Assembly: GCA_963843145.1 (NCBI GenBank)
Contig: CAWJJC010000002.1
Coordinates: 1 to 64,000, forward strand
Source: an uncultured delta proteobacterium
GTDB lineage: Bacteria; Desulfobacterota; RBG-13-43-22
DNA length: 64,000 nt
Direction: 5' to 3'
In this document: in pieces, positions 49,919 through 60,509 of the stretch
How positions within the stretch are numbered: position 1 is the stretch's first letter
Layout: each line of letters opens with the position of its first letter
Notes under the pieces: model-generated
The model's database searches: none
The model's input: only the letters and a program-made list of their open reading frames with translations
Told to the model about the DNA's origin: nothing
Program-made: the position numbers and the translations under genes

Positions 49919-50139
49919 TTCTTATCCCTCAACAAATTTACATTAACAGCAACCCTTCATAGAATTTTTCTCCATTCTTGGATGCTTTATCAGCAGAAAA
50001 ATGATAAACGTAACTGGTCAAAATGTCAATGAATATCAAGTCACCTTTTTTCCCCTGAAATATGTCTATGATTTCTAAAGGCAAGAAGAGGTTTTTCTAA
50101 AAGCTTACAGCCAGGCCAAATCGCCATTCTATTCTCGAC

Positions 50140-52261
50140 ATGGAAAATAAGAATCATACCTATATCTCTTCTTGCGGTCTTGATTGCGGGTCCCGCTGCC
50201 TGCTTAAGGTTCAGGTGGAAGGCGGACAGGTAAAAAGGATCACGACCGATGACCAACCCGGGCCCGGCCTGAAGGCCTGTGCCCGCGGCCTGGGCCAGCG
50301 GGAAGTCCTGTACGCCGCGGATCGTCTTCGGGTTCCGCTGAAAAGGACGGGGGCCCGGGGGAGCGGGGAGTTTCGAGCCCATATCCTGGGAAGAGGCCCT
50401 GGATCAGATCGCCGGAGAGCTGCAAAGGGTGAAGGGGCAATACGGCCCGCAGTCCGTCTTTTCGCTGGGGCATTCCGGCTCCATGAGCGCCTTGCATAAT
50501 ACCGGCCGGATGGGCTACCGCTTCTTTTCCCTCTTCGGCGGCTGCACCACCAGTTGGGGCAATACTTCCATGGAAGGGGCCCTGTTTTCATCCCGGATGA
50601 CCTTCGGCACCCCCTATAACCGGAATTCCCGGGACAACCTGCTCCACTCCAAATTAATCATTCTCTGGGGCTGGAACCCTTTGGAGACGCGCTTCGGCCC
50701 GGACACGGTCCATTACCTCGATCAGGCGAAAAAGAACGGGACCCCTTTTATTTGTGTGGACCCCCGGCTCAATCCCACGGGGCAGCGCCTGGAGGCCCAA
50801 TGGATTCCCATCCGGCCGGCCACGGATACGGCTTTGCTTCTGGCCCTGGCCTACGTCCTGATCGCTGAAGATCTTTATGACCGTCGGTTTATCGAGACCT
50901 ATACCGCCGGGTTTGATTCTTTTAAGGAATATGTGCTGGGCCGGGAAGACGGCGCCCCCAAGACGCCGGGCTGGGCCGAGCCCTTGACCGGGGTGCCGTC
51001 GGAAACCATTGTCCGGTTGGCCCGGGATTACGCCCGGCATAAACCGGCCGCTCTCTGCACCGGCTGGGCCGCCGGGCGAACCGCTTACGGGGAACAGTTT
51101 CACCGGGCCGCCTCCGTTCTGGCGGCCATGACCGGCAACATCGGTATCGCGGGGGGGCAGGTGGCCGGTGGGACCGACGTCCAGACCCTGGGCCTCCTGC
51201 CCGGCCTGCCGGTGCCCAAAAGCCAATCCCCCGTGGTACACGCCTCCGATCTCTACGACCTTTTGCTCCGGGGCCGAGCCGGCGGATTCCCGAGCGACAT
51301 CAAGGTCCTTTATCTCCTGGGCTCCAATCTATTGAATCAGTGGCTCAATATCAATAAAGGGGTTAAGGCCCTGGAAAAGCCGGATCTGATCGTCGTTCAC
51401 GAACTCTTCCTGACCCCTACGGCGCGTTTTGCCGACCTGGTGCTCCCGGTGGCCCATTTCCTGGAAAGAGAGGATATCGGCCCACCCTGGATCGGCGGGC
51501 CGTACGATATCATGATGGAAAAGGCCGTGGAGCCCCTGCCGCAAGTGAAGTCCGATCTGGCCATCTTTACGGAATTGGCTTCTCGTCTGGGGATCGCCGA
51601 CTACAACGAAAAAACGGAGGAAGAGTGGCTCCGGGAATTCGTTTCCGCCACCCCGGGCTTTCCGGATTATCAGCAGTTTAAAGAAGAGAAGGTCCATTAC
51701 CATGCCGTTCAGCGGCCCTTGGTGGCCTTTCAGCAGGAAATTGAGGATCCGGCCAACCACCCCTTCCGAACCCCCTCCGGGAAGATCGAGATCTACAGCC
51801 AAAAGATCGCCGAGATGCGGAATCCTCTAATCCCTCCGCTGCCGAAATATCTGGAACCCTGGGAAGGGCCGCTGGATCCCTTGGTCAAAGAACATCCTTT
51901 CCAACTGATCAGCCCTCATGCCAAGGGCCGGATCAATTCTTCGCTGGACAACATCCCCGGCCTCAAGGCCATGAGCGATGACGATCTCTGGCTGAATTCG
52001 TTGGATGCCGCGAAACTGGGGATCGAGCCGGGAGAGGAAGTCCGTGTTTCCAATGAACGGGGAGCAATGATCCGGAAAGCCAGGGTAACCGACAGGATCA
52101 GGCCCGGCGTGGTCAGCTTGGGAGCCGGCTCCTGGTATAATCCCGACGGGCAGGGGGTGGATCAAGGAGGCAGCGTCAACATCCTGACGATCGATAAAAA
52201 ATCACCCGCCGGGGCCTTCCCCTGCAACAGTTGTCTCGTCCGGGTCAGCAGGGAGAAATAA
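50140..52261 (+). CDS. DMSO-reductase-family molybdopterin oxidoreductase A (one frameshift near 50372)
   Basis: CGLDCGSRC...CARG, WGWNP, IRPATD, TPSGKIE and NSCLV; no Tat signal. Confidence 0.9.
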
Positions 52262-52347
52262 GGCTGAGCGGGGGAATGTGCTCTTGGCCAAGGAATCCCT
52301 GTGAGAATTTTAAAGCCTTAGTTTAAATATCTCAATTCCCGGTAAGT

Positions 52348-52470
52348 AGTCATTCCGGACTTGATCCGGAATCCAGGAACTTGGTCCAGCTTGGGAGAGC
52401 CCTGGACCCCGGCCATTCGACAAAGCTCATGGCCCTGAGTATGTCGAAGGGCCTTCGCCGGGGTGACGAC
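52348..52470. repeat. GTC-type REP pair with a nested hairpin
   Basis: gtcattccggacttgatccggaatcca...ctggaccccggc[insert]cttcgccggggtgac. Confidence 0.75.
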
Positions 52471-52537
52471 TAGAAAGATTTTTGGGGAGCGGACTATCCC
52501 AAAAGTCAAATCCTATAATGCGTGAGGATCCGGCCAG

Positions 52538-52594
52538 GTCCCTTTGAGGGGCCGGTAAATTTCAAGCCTCCGGCTTTCCCGGAGGTAGATGACT
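52538..52594 (+). mobile_element. Possible IS200/IS605 end remnant
   Basis: Hairpin ttcaagcctccggctttcccggaggt...tgact resembles IS200-type subterminal stems; no transposase nearby. Confidence 0.35.
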
Positions 52595-52739
52595 AAAAGG
52601 GGGCATTTAATTTTTCGGCGACGGCGATCGCCGAAGTTACCGCGTCTTCATGGACGCCGAATCCGAAATGACTGCCGCAATGGTAGCTGTTGTTTATTCC
52701 GTTCAAGGCCGGCAGTTCGCGTGTCGTGGAGCAGGAATT
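52593..52739 (-). pseudogene. C-terminal fragment of an FAD-dependent oxidoreductase
   Basis: LPALNGINNSYHCGSHFGFGVHEDAVTSAIAVAEKL, the GxHED tail typical of amine-oxidase-like proteins. Confidence 0.65.
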
Positions 52740-53012
52740 GAAGCTGTTTCTCATAAAGCTTTTCGAAGCCGATAGTCAAACACTTTTTTGACCTCCGGCC
52801 GGGAAAAGCTTTCCTAGGTCTGTCATCGGGCGTTGGTTCTATGCCCCACTGGTTCGAAAGACTTTCAAACAACTTGCTTCACGCGCTTGCATCCCGTTAT
52901 TGGGTGCCAGAGTCGCAAGATAGGGATCCTGTTGCCAAACTGCACACATTGTGGTAACCTTTTAGCATGTAAATAAGAATCGACCACATTTTTTTTGGCC
53001 TTTTCCCTCGGT

Positions 53013-53160
53013 AGTCATACCGGACTTGATCCGGTATCCAGGAACTCCGGAACTCATCCGAGGCTGGATTCCGGATCACGCTTCGCTTGTCCGGAATGAC
53101 GAATCTTGGTCAAGCCTTGTTCCCATGCCTCGGGGAGCCCCGCGGGGCATGCGGGTTTGA
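53013..53160. repeat. GTC-type REP pair plus terminal motif
   Basis: gtcataccggacttgatccggtatcca...ctggattccggatc...gtccggaatgac. Confidence 0.75.
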
Positions 53161-53161
53161 T

Positions 53162-53446
53162 ATGAAAACCATAAACTGGAATACAGAAAAGAGTGTGACA
53201 CTCAAAGCGTTACGAGGAATTTGTTTCGAGGATGTGGTTTTCTTTATTGAAAAGGGTGAACTATTAGACGATTATTTACATCCCAACCAGGAGGCCTACC
53301 CCGGACAACGAATCATGGTCGTTGGGGTGGACCGTTACGCCTATCTTGTACCCTATGCTGAGAATGTGGAAGAGTTATTTCTGAGAACCATTATTCCCAG
53401 AAGGAAGGCAACACAGCGATATCTTGGAGAAAATCATGAAGACTAA
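53162..53446 (+). CDS. BrnT-like toxin
   Basis: WNTEKS..LK..RGICFE, HPNQ..YPGQ, YAYLVPY and FLRTIIP.RKAT. Confidence 0.8.
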   Translation: MKTINWNTEKSVTLKALRGICFEDVVFFIEKGELLDDYLHPNQEAYPGQRIMVVGVDRYAYLVPYAENVEELFLRTIIPRRKATQRYLGENHED

Positions 53447-53717
53447 ACTTGCGAAAGAAGAGAAGGAAATACTGGATAGCTTCGAGAAGGGTGAATGGAT
53501 TCCTGTGGCGGATCTTTCAATAAGAAGGAAAGAATTGGCCCAGTACGCTCGAAATACCTTGAGGAAAGACAAAAGGCTGAATATACGGATTTCTGAAAGG
53601 GACCTCATAGAACTGCAGAGGAAAGCGGTCAAGGAAGGCTTGCCGTACCAGACCTATGTATCAAGCATTATTCACAAGTTCATCAATGGCACCTTGGTCC
53701 AAGGAACAACAAAATAA
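53436..53717 (+). CDS. RHH/CopG-type antitoxin
   Basis: EEKEILDSFE.GEW...RLNIRIS...A..EGLPYQTYVSSIIHK. Confidence 0.82.
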   Translation: MKTKLAKEEKEILDSFEKGEWIPVADLSIRRKELAQYARNTLRKDKRLNIRISERDLIELQRKAVKEGLPYQTYVSSIIHKFINGTLVQGTTK

Positions 53718-53825
53718 GTGAAAAGGAATGCCCAAAAGGTCATAACCTCCTTTGACTTAAAGATAGACGATAAGATGTATGTTTACCCCAAAGACTCCTG
53801 TGAAAAGTAAGGGAGCGATCCGCTG

Positions 53826-54347
53826 GTGAAGATTGCCCGGCGTTTGGTTCTGATCCTGTTGGTGCTATCGGCCTGCGTGGGTTGCGACCAGATGACCAAA
53901 TCCGCGGCCCAGTCTCTCTTGTCGCCCACGGAGGTCTGGTCGTCGCTCGGCGATACCGTTCGATTACAGCTCGCCCATAACCAGGGCGCGTTCTTGGGTC
54001 TGGGTGCGTCCCTGCCCGGGTTCTGGCGACAGACTATATTTAATGTCGGGGTTGGAGCCTTGTTGTTGGTCCTCTTTATTTATGCGCTGTTTTCCAAACG
54101 CCTTCGGCCGGTCGGCGTGGTCGCCATCGGGCTGTTTTCAGCCGGGGGGGTGAGCAATCTCCTTGATCGATTGGTACATGGCGGCTACGTGGTGGATTTC
54201 ATTAATCTGGGGATCGGACCGTTGCGTACCGGAATTTTCAATCTGGCGGACATCTTCATCATGGGAGGAAGCATCCTTTTCCTGTTTAACGAACTCTTCC
54301 GGGCAAGGAGTGATTTTAAAGGGGTTCACCCCAGGATGAGCGAATGA
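53826..54347 (+). CDS. lspA: Lipoprotein signal peptidase II
   Basis: DQMTK, NQGAF, GGVSNLLDR, VVDF and FNLAD. Confidence 0.85.
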   Translation: MKIARRLVLILLVLSACVGCDQMTKSAAQSLLSPTEVWSSLGDTVRLQLAHNQGAFLGLGASLPGFWRQTIFNVGVGALLLVLFIYALFSKRLRPVGVVAIGLFSAGGVSNLLDRLVHGGYVVDFINLGIGPLRTGIFNLADIFIMGGSILFLFNELFRARSDFKGVHPRMSE

Positions 54348-54509
54348 AAGTGGAAGAACATATTTTTGACGAAGGAATTAAGGATTTGCACCGGACGGCG
54401 GAAGCGGATGGAGTATTTTGCTATACTTTTTTTAAGGCCTTGGCCAAGAAATGATTACCGTTGTGTGACTGTTATTATGGGTCTCACAAAAATCTATACA
54501 TACACCGAT

Positions 54510-54594
54510 CGTCATCCTTGAATGTGTTGATCGGGGATCCAGCAGCGCACAAGTCAGGGACTGGATTCCCGCCCAAAATCGCCGCGGGAATGAC
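54510..54594. repeat. GTC-type REP pair
   Basis: cgtcatccttgaatg...ggggatcca...ctggattcccgcc...gcgggaatgacg. Confidence 0.65.
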
Positions 54595-54699
54595 GAAATG
54601 AAGGCTAAGGGATAGTCGGTTCTATTATAAGAGTAATAAAAATTAGACTTTTTCAATTTTAGCCAGACGGGGGCCCAACGGGCACCCGGGGAGGTAGCG

Positions 54700-56919
54700 A
54701 TGCGTACAGCCGATTCCAGTCCGGACAGCGACGAAGTCAGGATCGTCAGGGCCACTTCCACCTTTGATTGCGGGGGTCGTTGCCCGCTCCGATTGCACGT
54801 CAAAGGAAACCGGATCATCCGGGTGGAAGGCGATGAAGGTCCGGAACCGGAACAGCTCCGGACCTGTCTGCGCTGCCGGGCCTACCGACAGATGGTCCAT
54901 CACCCGGACCGCCTCATGTTTCCCCAAAAAAGAGTGGGCGCCAAGGGCGAAGGGAAATTCAAACGCATTTCCTGGGACGAGGCCCTGGATCTGTTGGCCG
55001 GGGAGCTTGTCCGGGTCAAAGCGCAATACGGAAACCAGGGCATGTTCCTGGCCACCGGCGGCGGTTACCTGGCCAGCCTGCACAACGGCGGATTGGCCGC
55101 CTCCCGGCTCCTGGCCCAGTTCGGCGGGTACGTCACCCATTACGGGAACATCTCCTCGGAAGGGGCGGTCTGGGCCTCTCTGACCCAGTACGGCTCGGTG
55201 ATGGTCGGTCACAGTCGGGAGGATATGCTCAATTCCCGGATGATCCTTCTCTGGGGCTGGGACCCGGCCCGAATGATCTCCGGGACCAACACCATGTACC
55301 ATCTGATCAAGGCCAAGGAAAACGGGGCCCGGATCATCGCCATCGATCCCCGCTACCATGACACGGCGGCCACCGTAGCCCGGGAATGGATCCCGATTCG
55401 GCCCGGGACCGACACGGCGATGATGATCGCCATGGCCAACGTGATGATCAAGGAGGGTCTTCAGGACCAGGCCTTTTTAGATAAATACACCGTGGGGTTT
55501 GACCGCTTTAAAGACTATGTCCTGGGTAAAGAGGACGGGCAGGACAAAACGCCGGCCTGGGCGGCTGAGATCTCGGGCGTCGCCGCCGCCACCATCGAAC
55601 GACTGGCCCGTGAATATGCGGCCACCAAGCCGGCGGCCTTGATGGACTGCCAGGGCCCGGCCCGGAGCGCCATGGGAGAACAATATAACCGCTGCGCGGC
55701 TACCTTGTGCGCGTTGACCGGCAATGTGGGCCGACCGGGCGGCAGTGCCGGCGGGGGCCTGATGGGCCTGCCGGTGGCCCATATGTTTCGTATGCCGGCC
55801 ATCCCGCCGGGCAAGAACCCTTTTGAACAGGATGGACCTAACGTCAAAGGCACCCTGGACATACGGCTCCGGGTCGTCAAACGGGTCCACATCAATAAGA
55901 TCTTCGAGGCCATCCTCCGAGGCCGGGCCGGCGGTTACCCGGCCGATATCAAATTGATGTGGTCCATGTGCAACAACTACCTGAATCAGACCGGGAACAG
56001 CAACCAGGCGGCCCGGGCTTTAAAGACCTTGGAGTTCCTGGCCGTCAACGAACTGTTTCTGACGCCCCAGGCCCGGTACGCCGACCTGCTGCTGCCGGTG
56101 ACCAGCGCGGCCGAGCGCAGTGACCTGACCCGGCCCTGGCCTTCGGGTCCTTATCTGACCTTCGTTAACCGGGCCATCGAGCCCCTGGGCGAATGCAAAT
56201 CCGATCTCGATATCGTCACCGAGCTGGCTGCCCGCCTGGGGTTCAAGGATTTCAACCCCTTTACGGAGGACCAATGGCTCCGGATGTTCGTGGAAAAAAC
56301 CCCGGACCTGGCGGCCCAGGTCAAGGACTTCGACCGGTTCAAACGGGAAGGGATTCAAAGGATATCTTTGCCGGAGCCCATAGTGGCTTTCAAGGAGCAG
56401 ATCGAGGACCTCGAAAAAAATCCCTTTCCCACGCCCTCCGGGAAAATCGAGATTTATTCCCAGCGCGCGGCCGACCTGAATAACCCGCTCTGCCCCCCTA
56501 TCCCGAAATACCTGGGCACCCCCGAGGACCGGAATGATCCCTTGCATGAAAAATACCCCCTGCAACTCCTGACCCCTCATCCCCGAAATCGGGTCCACTC
56601 GGAACTGTACAAAGTGGACTGGCTGCGGGAGGTGGAGCCGCACCGGGTTTGGATCAACCCGGTGGATGCCCGGCTCCGGGGGGTCAGCGACGGGGACGAG
56701 GTCTATGTCTTCAACGACCGCGGTCGAGTGGCCATTCCGGCCTGGCTGACCGAACGAATCATTCCCGGCGTAGTCTCCATCTTTGAAGGGGCCTGGTATG
56801 CCCCGGACGCGGAGGGCACCGACCGGGGGGGCTGCGCCAACACCCTGACCAAGGACGCCTATTCGCCGGGCGGCGCCAGCGTGATGAACACCGCCCTGGT
56901 GGAGGTCCGGAAGGCCTGA
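54700..56919 (+). CDS. DMSO-reductase-family molybdopterin oxidoreductase B
   Basis: STFDCGGRC...CLR, YGNISSEG, WGWDP, IRPGTD, TPSGKIE and RVHS; no Tat signal. Confidence 0.92.
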   Translation: MRTADSSPDSDEVRIVRATSTFDCGGRCPLRLHVKGNRIIRVEGDEGPEPEQLRTCLRCRAYRQMVHHPDRLMFPQKRVGAKGEGKFKRISWDEALDLLAGELVRVKAQYGNQGMFLATGGGYLASLHNGGLAASRLLAQFGGYVTHYGNISSEGAVWASLTQYGSVMVGHSREDMLNSRMILLWGWDPARMISGTNTMYHLIKAKENGARIIAIDPRYHDTAATVAREWIPIRPGTDTAMMIAMANVMIKEGLQDQAFLDKYTVGFDRFKDYVLGKEDGQDKTPAWAAEISGVAAATIERLAREYAATKPAALMDCQGPARSAMGEQYNRCAATLCALTGNVGRPGGSAGGGLMGLPVAHMFRMPAIPPGKNPFEQDGPNVKGTLDIRLRVVKRVHINKIFEAILRGRAGGYPADIKLMWSMCNNYLNQTGNSNQAARALKTLEFLAVNELFLTPQARYADLLLPVTSAAERSDLTRPWPSGPYLTFVNRAIEPLGECKSDLDIVTELAARLGFKDFNPFTEDQWLRMFVEKTPDLAAQVKDFDRFKREGIQRISLPEPIVAFKEQIEDLEKNPFPTPSGKIEIYSQRAADLNNPLCPPIPKYLGTPEDRNDPLHEKYPLQLLTPHPRNRVHSELYKVDWLREVEPHRVWINPVDARLRGVSDGDEVYVFNDRGRVAIPAWLTERIIPGVVSIFEGAWYAPDAEGTDRGGCANTLTKDAYSPGGASVMNTALVEVRKA

Positions 56920-56932
56920 AGGAGGAAGGAAG

Positions 56933-57487
56933 ATGCAAATCGGTTTCTATTTTGATCAGACCCGCTGTACCGGGTGCAGCGCTTGTCGTGTCGCCTGCAA
57001 AGACTGGCATGATATCCCGGCCGGACCCGAAAACTGGATGCGGATTCATTACACCGAAAAAGGGACCTTCCCCGAGGTTTCGGTCAGCTATCTGATTGGA
57101 CCCTGCTGGCATTGCCTGGAGCCGGTCTGCGTCCCGGCCTGCCCGGTGGGCGCCATCAGCAAACGGGAAGAAGACGGGATCGTGGTGGTCGACCCCTCGG
57201 CCTGTCTGGGCAACGAGGCCTGTGACGAAAAGTGCCGTAAGGCCTGCCCTTATAAGGCCCCGCAATTCGGTCCCCAGCCGGGGGCGCGGATGGGCAAATG
57301 CAACTACTGCCTGGATCGCTTCCAACAGGGGAAGCTTCCCAATTGTATCGAGGCCTGCCCGGTACGGGCCCTGGATGCCGGACCGCTCGAGAAGCTGGAG
57401 GAACGGTATGGAACCATTCGAGAGACCGAGGGATTCAAGTATTCCACCCGCACCCGCCCGGCGGTCGTCTTCAAACCCAAGGGTTGA
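56933..57487 (+). CDS. DmsB-like 4Fe-4S electron-transfer subunit
   Basis: CTGCSACRVAC, CWHCLEPVCVPACP and KCNYC...CIEACP. Confidence 0.92.
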   Translation: MQIGFYFDQTRCTGCSACRVACKDWHDIPAGPENWMRIHYTEKGTFPEVSVSYLIGPCWHCLEPVCVPACPVGAISKREEDGIVVVDPSACLGNEACDEKCRKACPYKAPQFGPQPGARMGKCNYCLDRFQQGKLPNCIEACPVRALDAGPLEKLEERYGTIRETEGFKYSTRTRPAVVFKPKG

Positions 57488-57489
57488 GG

Positions 57490-60480
57490 GACCGCCATAT
57501 CAAACCAAGAGCCAATCAATTCAAAAAAGAGAAAGGAAATGAAGTATGCAAGCGATATATGTGAAAGTTTTTAAATAATAGAAAGAGAATATAGTGTGCG
57601 ATAAACAGCGAATGGATCAAGAAAATTAAAGTATATCTATCTATAGAATGAAAAGAATCATATCTGAAAGAGAGAATAATGCTTAGATAAATGAAAGAAT
57701 AATTACGAAAAGAAAAATATATGTAGAGAGATGAAATATGAAGAGAAAGAAAAAGAATACTGAGATGTAATAGAAAGAGAGATCTTCAAGACGAACTGAT
57801 CGACAATATAAAGATAGATAGAGATTGCACTATGAAAGCGAAAGCGATCTAATATACTCACTGCTATAAGGTGTTTGTGAGCGACACGATACGAAAGATC
57901 TATGAGCGACACAAGAAGACTTTTCTAGTTCTAGAATGACACTGAGATAAGAGACCTATAAGAGAGAGCGAAGCTGAAAACGAGATCAGGGAAATAGAAG
58001 GACCAATCGTATCGTACCTTAAGCCCTGAAAATAAAAAATACCAAAAAAAAAGATAGAATAGAAAAAAAAAAAGATAAGAAAAAAGAACGAGAAGAGAGA
58101 GAAAGAAAAGAGAAAGAAAGAAACGCGAAAAAATACCTAAGAGAAAAACACAGAAAAAACATTTGAAAAAACTAGAGAACTAACTCAGACAGACCGATGT
58201 AAAGAAAGACATACAAAAGAGAACAAGATATACCAGAAAAAGAACTAGGAGAAAGCCTAGAAAAAAGAACGACGAAACAAGAGAGACGAAAAAAAGAAAA
58301 GACTGAGAAAAGAAGCCTAAGAGAAAAAACTAGGGGAAAACCTAAATCGTCAGATAAAGAACTCAAAACGAATACAAACAGACCGCAAGAGAAACGACAA
58401 AAAAAGAACCACAAGAAGAAGAATCCGGCGAAGGTGAGACAGTTAATTAAGATAGTCTCATAATATGTATGAAAGAAAAAATTACGACGGGATAGGGTCA
58501 TTTTTGATCTATCTGACGAAGCCCGCTTCGAACTCGAAAAAGAAGTTCGCCGAGGAAGCACAGAGAAAGACTGGAAGAAGATAAAACAGAGAAAAGAGAG
58601 GAAAGAAGATGCGAATCTTAAGGATTTTTTGAAATCGCTAGACCCGAGAAACTCATGACCTTATTAAAACAGCGGGTAGCTTATCGGCGAGAACTGCGAA
58701 TCAGCGAGAAATTCTGATTGCCGGCTACTCTCAGCAAGGCAAGAGAACTCAAAAAGAGAAATGAACTTCTCAATTGGGAATTATCTCTGTGCTTGTGAGA
58801 AAGATCCTCTTGTCTCAGTATGGTTGTGAACTGAGGCGGAAAAGATACGGAATGAAAAGAAGAGAGAAAGAAAGAGAAAAGAAAAGAGAAAAAAAGGAGA
58901 AAGAGAAAGAAGAAAAAAACGCTGAGAGGCAGATTTTTCAGAAACAGAGAGTGACGCCTCAGGCGGAGAAAAAGCTTATAGAAAACGAACGAGAGAGGTA
59001 AGAATTTTTAGAAAAAAGAAAAAAAGAGAGAGAAAGAAAAAGAAGAAGGATAAGGAAAGAAAAAGAAGAGGAGAGGAGAAAGAGAGAAAGAAAGAAAAAA
59101 AAAGAGAGAAGAAAATAGAAAAATAAAAGGAGGAGGAAAGACAGAGGAAAAAGAGAAAGGAAACATTAAGTACAGAGGAACTGATTAAGGCGCTCAGCTC
59201 AGGCAATCGCGGATGGGGAAACTATTACTGTATAGCCGACCTCCGCGATCTCTTGAACTGTGTGAACCTGTGGATCCTGAGACGTATCTGGTCTCTGAGA
59301 TGCTGACGCTGGCGAAATACGGAATGGAAGATACTAAGGGAGGCTAAAGTATACGGAGAAATGAGACTAAAAAACTAAGATACAATAATACCAACGATAA
59401 CACGCGACAAAGAGCGAATCCAAGAAAAAGAGAAGAGCGAGAAAACAGCAAGCTACGAAAGAGCGACGAACGGAGAACAGCTACTAAGATGCCTACTCCG
59501 ACCAGACAGCTGAGAAAACAGAAAAACAAAGAAGGAGAAAAGAGAAAAAGCTGAGAACAAGAGAAGACAGAGAAACAGAGAGAAGCTAGGAAAAAAAACA
59601 AAAAAAGGAGAAAAAGAAAAAGAGAGATAAAGAAAAAAAAAGAAAAAGAGAAAACAAAAAGAAGATCCAACTGCCTATCAATATAGCTATTTTGAGACCG
59701 TTAATAACTTCATGGAAGGTGAAAGAGAATGACCGAATTTCGAGTTTAAGAGAAAATGACCGAATTTAACGGCGAGATTGCGGGACAGAGCTTATGGAGA
59801 TAGAAGAGAAAAAAAAGACAAAGCTGGAGTGGACGGAGTCAGCTTTGGAGACATCGAGGCTGTAGGTGGGATCAGGGGGTTTCGGGACGATATCTAGGAG
59901 AGATTAGAACGCAAGACATACCGGCCGTTGGCGAGATCGCCGAACGTGGATACCGAAACCGGATGGACGTGAACGTCCACTGGTCATACCGACCTGCGCT
60001 GTCGGGTTAAAAGGACGGCGCTGCTGCTGATCTCGAACTCTTTTTGAGGCGATTTTCTGGACTGTTCGTTGGTTCGACCCCGCGTCGCCCTGATGCTCTG
60101 GAGTGAGGTACGTAAGAATCTCAGAAACGACTCGTGTTGATGCGCTTGAAGGGTACTTTGACTCGTCCGCTGATAAGCTGTTGAAGTGTCTGCGGCGCTT
60201 GTGGATAGTTCGGTGTTGAATTTGATCGCGAGTGCTGGAGCCGCGGTAACGGAGAGGCAGCGGTGGCCGGAGTTACCGGACAGAGGGCCGCCCCAGGGGT
60301 GTATCCCGCTCTGGCCACGTGTCTCCTGGTGAGAAGGTTCTACCGGCTGAAGGTCCGGAAGCTGGGCCAAGGCCCAGATCGACCGCTATGCGCACGATTT
60401 TGCGGTATTTGCCCGGTATCAAGGGAGTCGATTACGGGGATATATCGAGGCGAAAATTGAAAATTTGATTAGAATGGAGA
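57490..60480. other. Purine-rich low-complexity stretch, probably unreliable sequence
   Basis: Long A/AG runs alternating with short normal-looking islands, no coherent ORF, abrupt composition change. Confidence 0.7.
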
Positions 60481-60509
60481 TTATTCGGGAAAAAAGAAAG
60501 GAGATGGAT

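Noticed and set aside
37660-50380. Programmed frameshifts in the CDF and molybdoenzyme genes
   Set aside because: The shifts lie at short homopolymers, and the duplicate copy at 49135 shows the unshifted frame; sequencing indels are likelier.
35337-50571. Diversity-generating retroelement (Avd-like gene plus duplicated segments as TR/VR)
   Set aside because: There is no reverse transcriptase, and differences between the duplicates are not confined to adenines.
57703-59670. Lys/Glu-rich and Phe/Leu/Ser-rich ORFs
   Set aside because: These are by-products of the purine-rich low-complexity tract.
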